Shown here: positions 25,946 through 37,243 of the stretch, one piece after another
Layout: each line of letters starts with the position of its first letter
How positions within the stretch are numbered: the stretch's first letter is position 1
Source: Anaeramoeba ignava BMAN
Lineage: Eukaryota; Protista; Anaeramoebae
Reading direction: 5' to 3'
DNA: 64,000 bases
Assembly: GCA_028826165.1 (NCBI GenBank)
Contig: JAPDFW010000057.1
Coordinates: 310,001 to 374,000 of the forward strand
Made by a program: the position numbers and the translations under genes
The notes under the pieces: model-generated
The model's database searches: none
What the model saw: the letters and a program-made list of their open reading frames with translations, nothing else
Told to the model about the DNA's origin: nothing

Positions 25946-28069
25946 TCATTTTTGGATAAAATCAATTAAAATATCATCCCAATTTAAAATCATAAACAAT
26001 AGAACTTGTTGGGGAATCTGCAAAGTAGGAGAGAAACAGATGGATAGATTAGCAGAGCTCATCTGGTTATAAAAAAAGAAGTTTCCAACTTTTGCCAAGT
26101 GACGAATTAAACGGTTCAAAATGATCTTATTGATGTTCGGAAGTTCATTTAAAATTTGGGAAATTTCGCATAAAACTTGGTGTTTATCTTCGAAGTCGCC
26201 TTGTTGCTTTTCGAGAAGATAATCATCTGAAAAAGTGTCTGAGAAAATTTGAAGATATCGTCGAGTCAGAATTGATTCTGGAAGCGAGCGGAAAAATAAC
26301 TTGAAAGCGCTCGCAACGCTATGAATATCCACTTTAGAAAAGTCGACGTCTGTGCCGCTATCGATGCCCTTCTTCAAGTTCTGGACGTCTTCTGAACTTG
26401 GAGTCATTCTATAAATACTTTTAGTGAGCGGAGCTTTTCGATCCAAAAAATCGAAAATTTTTTGCAATGCGTCCGGAATCAGGAATTGGGAATCGGGCGA
26501 TCTGTTTGAAAGCACAGAGAGCGGAACTCCGAAGATGTTGGTTCCGTCGTCTTCGGACACAATTTTGTTCCTTTGTTGTATCAAAGTACGTGACAACATT
26601 TTTAGTTTTTCAATTTCAGTTATTTCTGCTTGAAGTGATTTGGTTCGTTGATCCTCCGTTTCGTTGCTGTCCTTCGGAGATACCGCGCTGGTCGTCTTGT
26701 TCGATTTCTTGGTATTGCTTGAGTGATCTCCTGTTAGCGATAATTCCACTTGAATGTTTGACACGCTTTTTCTTTTCGAACTTTTTTTTGAGAAAAATGA
26801 CAATCCAGTCCATCTTCTACTTTTTCGTTTAAACTTTGCCCATCTTCCTTCTTTTGTATCTCTGTTCTGAGGAATAGGAACGCTATCCAATTCTATTGAG
26901 TCGCGTTTTTGCTGTTTCTCGTCTGTATCGTTCCCAGTTGTTTTGGCTGTGTTTTCATTTTCTGTGCTGTGATCATCGTCTTTTTCTGCGTGCTCAGTTT
27001 GCACTAAGTCCCGATCCTCACGCGTAATATTTCTCTTCAAATCTTTCTCTGAAATATCTATGTCTTCAAACTCAAGCTCCTTCTGCAATTGTTCGCCCTT
27101 TTCGATGCCAATTGAAGAAGACTGTGGATTTGAAGTTGAAGAATAAAGTAAATTTTCATCTTGCAAAAAACATCTCATTTGTTCAATTATTTGCTGGACT
27201 TCTGTGAGCTCCTGATCCTGAGTAAACCTTTTTTTCTCGTATATGCTTTTCATGAGATGATCGAATCTCTTGTTGAATTCCTCCTCTTCTTCTTCAATTT
27301 GCATTTTTTCTTGATCTTCGTCTTCGGGGATGTTTGAGTTGCTTAAATTATTTTGATTGAAATCCATCGAGAAGTTCTGTTTCAATTTTCCCATCGGGTT
27401 TATATTCTGTTCTGAAAAAGAAAGGGATTGATGTATAGCGTGGTCTTTATTGATTTCGGGGCTTTTTTGTTGGGGAGATTGTGGGAGTTCTCTTCGCGTA
27501 AGTCGAGATTTGTATGACTTCCGTTTTGGAAGATCAGGAACGGATGTTATTGATCGGCTCTTCATATTATGCATGCTTGAGAATTTGGGAATAGGTTTGG
27601 GCGGCAGTTTCCTCGTTTTGTTTCCCTGTTGTTCTTCTTTTTTGACCAGGTTTTTTTTCTCTTTTTCATTTTCTTGTTCATTTGTTTTTCTTTCTTGCTC
27701 AATGCTTATGTTATTCGGTATCGGGATTGGCTTCATTAGCTTTTTAATCTCTTCGTTCATATTCCGATGCGTTTGTTCTTCTTGCTCCATCTCTGGGTTT
27801 TCGCTTTTGGGTTGCGGAGATTCATTTGGTGAAAAGTGATTATTTTTTAAATTTTCAATTGTAATTTTTTGGGTTGAATTATTTGAATTATTTTTTGTTG
27901 ATTCTTCCGTTTCTTGTGTGTTTTGCGTCTCAGAGTCTTGTTCTTTGTAGTTTTTTGTATGTTTTGGTGAAGTTGGTTGATGTTTTTTTTGTGCTTTATA
28001 ACGTGAAAATTTGGGTCGAGTTGAAAAGAATGGATTTTGAGCAAGTTTTTGAACTTTTTGATTATCCAT
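25946..28069 (-). CDS. RhoGAP-domain protein with long disordered N-terminus
   Basis: IFGVPL, IYR (Arg finger), DIHSVASAFKLFFRSLPESIL, NQMSSANLSICFSPTL. Confidence 0.92.
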   Translation of the reverse strand: MDNQKVQKLAQNPFFSTRPKFSRYKAQKKHQPTSPKHTKNYKEQDSETQNTQETEESTKNNSNNSTQKITIENLKNNHFSPNESPQPKSENPEMEQEEQTHRNMNEEIKKLMKPIPIPNNISIEQERKTNEQENEKEKKNLVKKEEQQGNKTRKLPPKPIPKFSSMHNMKSRSITSVPDLPKRKSYKSRLTRRELPQSPQQKSPEINKDHAIHQSLSFSEQNINPMGKLKQNFSMDFNQNNLSNSNIPEDEDQEKMQIEEEEEEFNKRFDHLMKSIYEKKRFTQDQELTEVQQIIEQMRCFLQDENLLYSSTSNPQSSSIGIEKGEQLQKELEFEDIDISEKDLKRNITREDRDLVQTEHAEKDDDHSTENENTAKTTGNDTDEKQQKRDSIELDSVPIPQNRDTKEGRWAKFKRKSRRWTGLSFFSKKSSKRKSVSNIQVELSLTGDHSSNTKKSNKTTSAVSPKDSNETEDQRTKSLQAEITEIEKLKMLSRTLIQQRNKIVSEDDGTNIFGVPLSVLSNRSPDSQFLIPDALQKIFDFLDRKAPLTKSIYRMTPSSEDVQNLKKGIDSGTDVDFSKVDIHSVASAFKLFFRSLPESILTRRYLQIFSDTFSDDYLLEKQQGDFEDKHQVLCEISQILNELPNINKIILNRLIRHLAKVGNFFFYNQMSSANLSICFSPTLQIPQQVLLFMILNWDDILIDFIQK

Positions 28070-28401
28070 TTAATTTTTTATTTTTATTTTTATTTTATAT
28101 TTTTAATTTTTAATTTTTAATTAATTTTTTTGAAATTTTGATTGAAAAAGTTGTCAATCAATCAATTAATAAAAAAAATTTTTCCAAAATGTAAATAAAC
28201 TGAACTTTTAAAAATTGAGAAAAAAATACAAAAAAAAAATAGAAAAATAAAAAGAAAAATAAAAAAGAAAAAAAATGAAATTTGTTTTCTCTTTTTAAAT
28301 TAAAAAAGCAAAAAAATAAAATAAAAAAAAATAATTAAATAATGAGTCATTTTTTCATTTTTTTCATTTTTTTTCTTTTTATTTATTTATTTAAAAAGAA
28401 T

Positions 28402-30707
28402 ATGGGTAACAAAACACAAATAACAATAATAAAAACAATAATAATAAACAAATCTTTTATTAATTCTTTCTCTTTCTTTCTCTTTTCTTTAAAACAATCA
28501 CAAAATTACAAAAGAAAATAATTTCCAAATTTCTTTAAAATATCAAGATTTTCAAAAAGAATTAAATAAGATTATTGATTTAATTGATATTTTAGTTGTT
28601 TGTTATCAATTCTAAATCTAATTTTAATTCTAATTCTAATTTTAATTCTAATTCTAATTCTAATTTTAATTTTAATTTTAATTTTAATTTTAATTTTAAT
28701 TTTAATTTTAATTTTAATTTTAATTTTAATTTTAATTTTAATTTTAATTCTAATTTTAATTTTAATTTTAATTTTAATTTTAATTTTAATTCTAATTATA
28801 ATTATAATTTTAATTTTAATTTTAATTTTAATTTTAATTCTAATTTTAATTTTTAATTTTAATTTTAATTTAATTTTAATTCCTAATTTTAATTCTAATT
28901 TTAATTCTAATTTTAATTTTAATTTTAATTTTAATTTTAATTTTAATTTTAATTTTTAATTTAATTCTAATTCTAATTCTAATTTTAATTTTAATTTTAA
29001 TTTTAATTAATTTTAATTTAATTTTAATTTTAATTTTAATTTTAATTTTTAATTTAATTTTAATTTTAATATTAATTTTAATTTTAATTTTAATTTTAAT
29101 TTAATTCTAATTTTAATTCTAATTCTAATTTTAATATTAATTCTAATTCTAATTCTAATTCTAATTTTAATTTTAATTTTAATTTTAATTTTAATTTTAA
29201 TTTTAATTTTAATTTTAATTCTAATTTTAATTTTAATTTTAATTTTAATTTTAATTTTAATTTTAATTTTAATTTTAATTTTAATTTTAATTTTAATTCT
29301 AAAAAGGATAAACCAAATTTTAATGAAAATTCTGTATTTATGAACCAAATTCAACAAAAAAAAACACTAATAATGAAAAGAATCTTTCAACAATTCCAAA
29401 GATTTTATCAAAATAAAACTTTAGATACAACAAAATTTATTTCATTATTTCAACAAGTTAATGAAATAACAAATTTTCTGAATCAATTAATTGGAGAAAC
29501 AGAAATTTTAAGGATAAATGATAATAAAAATTTAGAACAACTTAATTTATTATCAAATAACAAAATTATTGAAACAGAAAACAAAAAGAAGAAGAAAAAA
29601 AAACAAAATAAAAATCAAAATATAAACCAAAATCAAAATGAAAATCAAAATCAAAATCAAAATCAAAATCAAAATATAAATCAAAATCAAAATAAAAATC
29701 AAAATAAAAATCAAAATATAAATCAAAATATAAATCAAAATATAAATCAAAATATAAATCAAAATAAAAATAAAAATCAAATTTCAAAAGAAATTACAAT
29801 TCAAGATATAAATCAAATTTCAAAAGAAATTAAAATTAAAAATCAAAATAAAAATCAAAATCAAAATTAAAAATCAAAATCAAAATAAAAATATAAATCA
29901 AAATCAAAATAAAAATATAAATAAAAATAAAAATAAAAAAAAATCAAATAAAAATCAAAAATCAAAAAATTCAACAAGAAATTGAAACGAAATCAAAAAT
30001 AAAATTAAAAAAAGAAATCAAAAGAAATTAAAATTAAAAATCAAAATCAAAATATAAATCAAAATCAAAATCAAAATATAAATCAAAATCAAAATATAAA
30101 TCAAAATCAAAATCAAAATCAAAATATAAAGAAAAATCAAAATAAAATTAAAAAGAAAAATCAAGAAATAAATAATTTGAACAAATCTTTAAATTGTTTT
30201 CTTGATGAATGTTATATAATTAATGATTTTGAAAATATTCAAAATTGCGAAAATGATACTCAAAATAATGATAATAATAATAAAGATTCAGAAATATTCA
30301 TTTTTGATAATGTTTATGAAAATCTATTAGATATAAAATATGATCCAATTATCGATCAAACAGAAGGTTTTATTTTATTAACTGATTCTGAAAATAAAAA
30401 TAAAAACAGAAACAAAAATAAAAATAATCAATTGGATTTGAAAGATTTCCAAATTCTTTTTAAAACAAGAATTTTTGATGATGAAGATTTGGAAGATTTT
30501 GATTTAGTTGAAAATAATTTTCAAAATCAAATCAATTTGGAAACAATTGAAAAATTTTTTGATAAAAATATCTTAAATGTGCAAAATGATAAAATTTCAA
30601 AAAAGAAAAGTAAATTAACTGATTGGCAAATGATGGAAGAAGGTTTTTCAAATTTAACAAAATTTGTAATTGATTTATCTTTAATTCTTGAAAACAAAAA
30701 GAATTGA
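28402..30707 (+). CDS. Hypothetical protein with QN tract (4-nt first coding exon ATGG; long intron 28598-29306; frameshifts in the QN region)
   Basis: Splicing ATGG / ENNFQISL...DILV / DKPNFNENSVF joins in frame to ORF 29340-29870; the sequence continues into ORF 30177-30707. Confidence 0.55.
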
Positions 30708-30713
30708 AAAATA

Positions 30714-30745
30714 TTTTTTTCATTTTTTTCATTTTTTTCATTTTG
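30714..30745 (+). promoter_or_regulatory. Tandem TTTCATTTT initiator-like elements upstream of APEH (representative of a window-wide motif)
   Basis: Three TTTTCATTTT copies in the roughly 50-bp gap before ATG 30759; the same sense-oriented motif precedes nearly all genes. Confidence 0.65.
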
Positions 30746-30758
30746 GTTTTAAAAAAAA

Positions 30759-33700
30759 ATGATTCAAAATCAAAAAAAAAGAAAAAAAATTCTAGAAAAA
30801 TTATCAATTATTCCTCAAATCAAAGAAGCAAAATTAAATAATGAAAATTTATTATCAAAAAAAATACATTTTGAAAATAAAGAAAATTCAAATTTTGATT
30901 TATCAATTTTGGTTTCAATTAATTTTATTTCAAGAAATATAACAGAAGGATCATATTTCACATTTACAAAACATCACATTATTTCTGGAAACACATCATT
31001 TGCTTTTCCTTTTCCATTTGAACAATTTCCAAAAAATGAAAAAATTATATTAAAAACCACATCAAATGATGGAAAATTTTCGGCTTATTTTTTGCAATCA
31101 AAAGATGGAAAATACAGTATCCAAATTTGGAACCAACACCAAATGATTCATACAAATCAAGTCCCAAAAGATTTGCATGGAGTTGTTTATACAGATGATT
31201 ATTTTCAATGCTTTAAATTTTCACCAGATGCAAAAAAACTAGTTTATACTGCTGAAGCCAAAAACGATGAAATGAAAAAAAGTTTTTGGGAAAATGATTG
31301 TGCAAAAACTCCTGTTAATGATTGGGGAGAGGATTTCCAAGGCAAAACATCTCCATGTCTGTTTGTTTATGATATTCAAGAGAATAAAATTTTGGATATT
31401 TTTGGAAATTTGAAGAAATTTGAGGATCAAAATAATTCAAATAAATCAATCACAACAAACAAGAATTTTCAAGTTAATCAGACAAACACATCTTTTGGAT
31501 CAGCGATATGGCTTGATAATGATATAATTATTTGTTGTGGATATGAAAATGAGCCTTTTAGACTTGGAATGAGATTCTGTTATAACAGAAAATGTGGGAT
31601 ATATAAAATCCAAATGGATCCAAATCAAGAAATTTCAGAGATTGAATTACTTACACCAAATTTCTTCAATGCTGTTTCTCCTCGTTTAAATCAACAAAAA
31701 ACAAAAATTGCATTTATTTCAAATCCAAATACTTTTGGAACGCATAATTTTGCTAAACAATTATGTGTTTATGATCTGGAAACAAAACAAACTGATATTT
31801 TGATTGATATTCCTTTCAAAAAAAGCACTGATTTTATTTCTGAGGATGAATTTCCAGGTCTTTTCACAAATTTTCTTCCTCAAAATTGTTGGATTTCTGA
31901 TGATAAAAAAATACTAATAAATACAACTTGGGGAAGTTCAATGAAAATTATTGCTGTTGAAACACAGAAAAAGGATTATTCCAAACCAGAATTCAATATT
32001 ATTTCTCCACAAAAAGATTCGAGCTCTTGGTTTTTATTGGATTCAAATGAAAAAGGGATTCTTATTTACAATACAAATCCAATTCATCCATTTTCAGTTT
32101 ATTTTGTTAATTATCAATATATTTTTAAAGGAAACTTGAAAAATTGGATTTTAGTTGAAGATTCATCAAATTTTGGAAATGAAGAAACTAAATCAAATTT
32201 TGGAAATGAAAAAAATAAATCAAATTTTGGAAATGAAAAAATTAAGGCTGGAGTTTAGTTTAACAAAAAAAAATAAAAGATAAAATTTTAATTATCATTT
32301 TCATTGTCATTCTTATTTTTTTTCAAATGTTCTCGATAAAACGAACTAAATGCTTTTTTTGTGGTTCAACGAAGAGTTCTCAATTCAAGAAATATAAAAA
32401 TAAATTTCCACTATGCACTGCATGTTATCAAAATCGAACTGTGAAAGTATTTTTTTTTTTCTGACTCATATCCGATCGGATATAAGTGTGATCAATAAGA
32501 AAAGAAAAATTTTTTTTTCTGTTAATTATTTTAAAATTTTTCTGTTTGAAACAGAAATATCTCATAAATATTCATCAAATCAAATCAAATAAAAATTTAT
32601 AAGGAAAAAAAATGAATGAACTAATTGAAGATGAAAAGAAAAAGGAAGAAAAAGATCTTCCAAAAGATCACAAAAGGGAAAAATCAATTGATTTTGAAAT
32701 GAAAAATTAAAATCGAATTTGAAATGTACCAAAAAGAAAAACCTTCTCAATGAGGAAAAAAAACAGAAACAGGAAATTCAAATCTCTCCAAACTCAGTTC
32801 TGAAGTTGAAATTAGGAGAATTCATTCAATCAATTGGCAAAAAAATTAATATCGTTTAATGAGAGCTTCAATCGTTTGATTAACAAATTCGCGCTTAAAG
32901 CTGGTAATTTTTGGAAATATTATAACCTTCAAATAGGGTTTCAGTTTAAAATGGAAATGAAAAATCGAGGCATTAAACCTTCCTTTTAGAAGAAGAATTA
33001 AAAAAAAAATTGAAAGAGAGGAAGAAAAAGAGAAAAGAAGAAGAGCAAAAAAAACAAGATTATTTTAATCAAAAAATCAATAAGAAATATTAAATAACAA
33101 AAACAAATTTTTCAATCAATCTTGAGAAAAAAAGCTGAAAAATCGAAAAATTTTTTTTGTTGTTTTTTTTGATTTTCAAACTCGCCCCTTAAATCAAATT
33201 TTGAAAATGAAAAAATTAAATCAAATTTTGGAAATGGAGAAATTAAATCAAATTTTGAAAATGAAGAAATTAAATCAAATTTTGAAAATGAAAAAACTAA
33301 ATCAAATTTTGGATGGAATGTTTTTTCAATTCGACCAAAAGAGAAAGAAAATCATTTCTATGAAAGTGTGTTTATATTCAATAAAAAAGAGATTCCTAAA
33401 AGACCTCTTCTTGTTTCTCTTCATGGTGGACCACATTCATGTTACATTACAGAATATTCGCTGTTTAATAATTATTTCTTATCAATTGGATTCAACATTC
33501 TTTGTGTGAATTATCGAGGATCATTAGGATTTCATCCTGAAATTATGAAGTCACTTTTATCCAAAATTGGGAAACAAGATTCAGAAGATGTAAAAAATGC
33601 AATTGATGATTTAAAACAAAGAAAATTAATTTTGAACGAATCACCAATATTTATTGAAGGAATTTCATTTGGAGGATTTATAACATCACATTCAGTTTCA

Positions 33701-34108
33701 AGATTTCCTGGATTCTACAAAGCAGCTATGGTCAGAAACCCTGTAATAAACATTGCTGCTATGTCGAGTAATTCAGATGTTCCTGACTGGTGTCTTGTTG
33801 AATCAGGTCTTGATTCATCTCACTTATATTCATATTCTCTTCATGATATTCTTACTATGTCTCAATTTTCTCCAGTTAATTTTGTTCCTCAAATTTCTTC
33901 TCCTGTTTTAGTTGTTCTTGGTTGTTTGGATTCTCGTTGTAAAAATTCTGATGGTCTTCAACTTTATTCAAGTTTGAAAGCTTATAATTTGAAAACTGAT
34001 TTAATTTTGTATCAAGATGCAAATCATTTATTGGCAAATTTATCTGTTGAACTTGATTTACTTATTCGTTCTTCTGATTGGTTTTTAGGTTATTTACAAG
34101 AAAATTGA
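30759..34108 (+). CDS. APEH: Acylamino-acid-releasing enzyme (S9C peptidase), interrupted by an insertion at 32246-33188
   Basis: Propeller part HGVVYTDDYF, WGE, FCYNR; catalytic part LHGGPHS, VNYRGSLGF, GISFGG, RNPV, DVPDW, DSR, H. Removing the insertion plus one TTAA gives a single 800-aa ORF. Confidence 0.93.
32246..33188. mobile_element. 943-bp non-autonomous DNA transposon-like element with TTAA TSD (Kolobok-like ends)
   Basis: TTAA at 32242-32245 and 33189-33192; left end GGCTGGAGTTT, right end reverse-complement GGGGCGAGTTT (8/11), each followed by an A-tract; precise removal restores the host frame. Confidence 0.82.
32327..32989 (+). pseudogene. GATA-type C4 zinc-finger gene inside the element (intact first exon 32327-32446, probable intron 32447-32554, degenerate 3' part)
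   Basis: MFSIKRTKCFFCGSTKSSQFKKYKNKFPLCTACYQNRTVK = C-x2-C-x17-C-x2-C; GTATTT donor and ACAG acceptor; downstream coding-like fragments have stops. Confidence 0.62.
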
Positions 34109-34109
34109 A

Positions 34110-34730
34110 ATGAAATCAAATCAAAATTAAATCAAAATTAAATCAAATTAAATTTAAATCAAAATTAAATCAAATTTAAATCAAATTCAAATTAAATCAA
34201 AATTAAATCAAAATTAAATCAAATCAAATTAAAATTAAATCAAATTTAAATCAAAATTAAATCAAAATTAAATCAAAATTAAATCAAAATTGAAATGAAA
34301 TTAAATCAAATATAAATTCAAATTAAATCAAAATTAAATCAAAATTAAATCAAATATAAATTCAAATTAAATTAAAATTAAATCAAAATTAAATCAAATT
34401 TCAAATTAAAATTAAATCAAAATTAAATCAAAATTAAATCAAAATTAAATCAAATTTAAATCAAATTCAAATTAAATCAAAATTAAATCAAAATTAAATT
34501 AAAATTAAATTAAAATTAAATTAAAATTAAATCAAAATTAAATCAAATTAAATCAAAATTAAATCAAAATATAAATCAAAATCTAAATCAAAATCAAAAT
34601 CAAATTTAAATCAAATTTAAATCAAAATTAAATCAAATTAAATCAAAATCAAATTGAAATTAAATTAAATCAAAATTAAATCAAAATTAAATCAAAATTA
34701 AAATTCAAATTAAATCAAATTAAAATTTAA
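34110..34730. repeat. (AAATTAAATCA)n satellite downstream of APEH
   Basis: About 11-bp period repeat. Confidence 0.85.
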
Positions 34731-34821
34731 AAGATCCTTTATTACTTTTTGTTATGTTATTCCTAAAAAAATTTTAAATTTCTTGAAAAGATAATATTGA
34801 AAAAGAAAAAAAAAATATTAA

Positions 34822-37051
34822 TTAATCTTGATTTGATTTTTCAAAAATTTCTTTAATTGAAAAATTTAAAAATTGAATTGATTCTTCTTGACGTATTTCT
34901 TCAGGAATCTCAAATTTATCCCAATTTTGATAATCTACATTATCAAGAAATCCAATATTTTCTAAATCTTTTAAAAAATTTAGTTTTTGATTATTAAAAG
35001 TTAAAAAATTTTGATTTGCAAATTTTTTTGGATGTTCAAAAATATCTTTTTTTGATTTTTCTTTATAATATAAAGAAAATTGTTCAAGTTCAAATTTACC
35101 AACAGGTTCTAAATCCAATCTGATTTCAAAAAAAAAAAATAATTAAATCAATTAAAAATCCAAAAAATTGTTGGTTTTTTTTCTTTTCTTCTTATAAAAT
35201 ATTTTTCCTTACTCATCTGGTTTAAAATTACTAAGAATTTGATAAATAATGTTTTTAGATAAATTTGGACAAATTTCTGAACAAACTGAATAATCATTTG
35301 GAAAGTCACTAATAATTTTCTTTTTCATAACTAAACAATCTGCAATTTGTTTAATCATAAGAAATTTTTCACTAAAATATTATAAATTGAATTTTGAATT
35401 TTTGAATTTTTGAATTTTGAATTTAATTATAAATTTACCAACAAAAGAAAAATTGATTATTTTTTAACCATTGATCAAATTGAGCAAATATTAATTTAAC
35501 ATAAAATCCAAGAGAACTTGAACAAAGAGATGGAGTTTGCAAAATTTGATTGGAAATTGAATTATTCATAAATTCAAAATAATAAGCAAATATTGATTCT
35601 ATCAATTCATGATCAAGAAAATAGTGATTTGAAATGTCCAAAATTTGATTTAAATTTTGAGTGATTGAAGATTCAGAATCAACAATTTGGTTTGTTGCTA
35701 AATTTCTTAAACTAAGATCATTTTTTTGTTTAAGTTCCTCTTCTGGATTTTTCGAAAAAATTACTTCAAATTTTGATTCATTATCTTTTTTTAGAATTTC
35801 AAATATTCGGAAACAAATTCGATTTAACAGATTCACAACCAATTCTTTAAAAATCTCAACTTGATTTGAGATTTTTTCTTTATTTTTTTTCTTCTGCAAA
35901 TTGATTAAATGATCTGTGATTTTTGAAGAATATTCATTTGTTAATTTTAGCAGAAACATTAAATTACTTAAAATCCAAATTATTTTTTCATTTGATTCAA
36001 CATTAAATTCGACAAACTTGATAATTGATTCATAAAATTCAAGAAAAAATTGACTATAATTTGGGTTAAAAATATGATGATAAACCAAAAATTTGAATAT
36101 AAAGCATGCTGAAATTGGTGCTTGTTTGTTGAATTTAGGTTTAATAAAAAAGAAAAAACGATCCATTATATTTCTTCCCAATTCAATTACTTCATAATTT
36201 TTGGTTTTTTTCTCTTCTTTTTTGATTAATTTTTTCAAATATTCAATTTGAGTATTTCCTGTATATTTTTTTTGTGTTTTCTTTCTTTGTGGTTTTTGTT
36301 GTTTTTGATTTAAAATAAACGAAGTAAGTCTTGGCGATAAATGTCCAAATTTTGTATTTATATTTTGTAAATTGAAATCAAATGGATTTTCATTTTGAAA
36401 AGGAGATAAAATGAACTCTTGAATTTGTTCATCTTCTTTTTGATCCAAATTTAATGTAAGATTATTTTTTTCAATTTTTTGGTTATTTTCATTTTTTTGA
36501 TTATTTTCATTTTTAGAATATAATTGTTCTTGAATATTTTTTAATGAAAGAAGATTTTCAAATTTTTTTTCTTTAAAATTTTTCCAAATTTTCATTACAA
36601 TCACAATAATTGGTTTTTGTATTTGAGAATCTTGATGTTTTGGTTTTAATTGATAATGTCTAATAATTGCTTCATTGATATCAATAATTTTTGAAATATT
36701 TAGTTTAATTTGAGCAAGAGTTTCATTTCTATTTTCTTTTTGCTAATTTTAATTTTAATTTTATAAATGAATTTTATAAATGAATTTTAATTTTACTTTT
36801 GATATTGATAAAAATAAATATGAATTTGAAATAACCTCTTCTTTTTCATTAAAAAGAACTTCAAGAAAAACTTCAAATTCTTCATTTAAAATTCCTTCTC
36901 CATTTGAATTTATATTAATTTTCTTTGTATTTCCTTGATTTTTTCCACATTTCCATCTAACAAAAACTTTTTCAGTTTTGGGTTCAAAATTATTTATTGA
37001 AACAATTGCAAATTGAAAATAAATTTTTCTTTCATTTTGAGTTGATTTCAT
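34822..37051 (-). CDS. NT-type C2 domain + Dilute (DIL) domain protein (4 exons)
   Basis: N-terminal VFVRWKCGK...LNEEF (EEIG1/EHBP1-type C2); IWILSN and LCSSSLGFYVK...FDQWL (DIL); exons joined by GT-AG introns. Confidence 0.7.
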
Positions 37052-37243
37052 TCAATAAAAAATAAAAAATAAAAAATAAAAAAATGAAAAAATGATTTTT
37101 TGAAATAAATTTTTTATTAATAATAAAAAAAAAATAACATGAAAGAATTATAACAATTTAATTTTTTTTATTTTTTGTTTGTTTTTTATGTTAATTTGAA
37201 GTTGAAAAAAAAGTGGAATTTAAAAAAAAAAAGAGGAACAATT

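Larger units (their letters stand above)
32166..33313 (+). repeat. 27-bp coding tandem repeat (SNFGNEEIK-type, about 7.4 copies) split by the insertion
   Basis: TCAAATTTTG(G/A)AAATGAA(G/A)AAA(C/T)TAAA units on both sides of the element. Confidence 0.9.

Noticed and set aside
26424-28113. Antisense and alternate-frame ORFs over the RhoGAP (and similarly the kinase)
   Set aside because: Shadow ORFs in GC-richer coding DNA with no motifs.
32166-33313. 27-bp repeats around unique sequence resembling a CRISPR array
   Set aside because: The repeats are contiguous coding units without spacers, interrupted once by a transposon-like insert; eukaryotic context and no cas genes.
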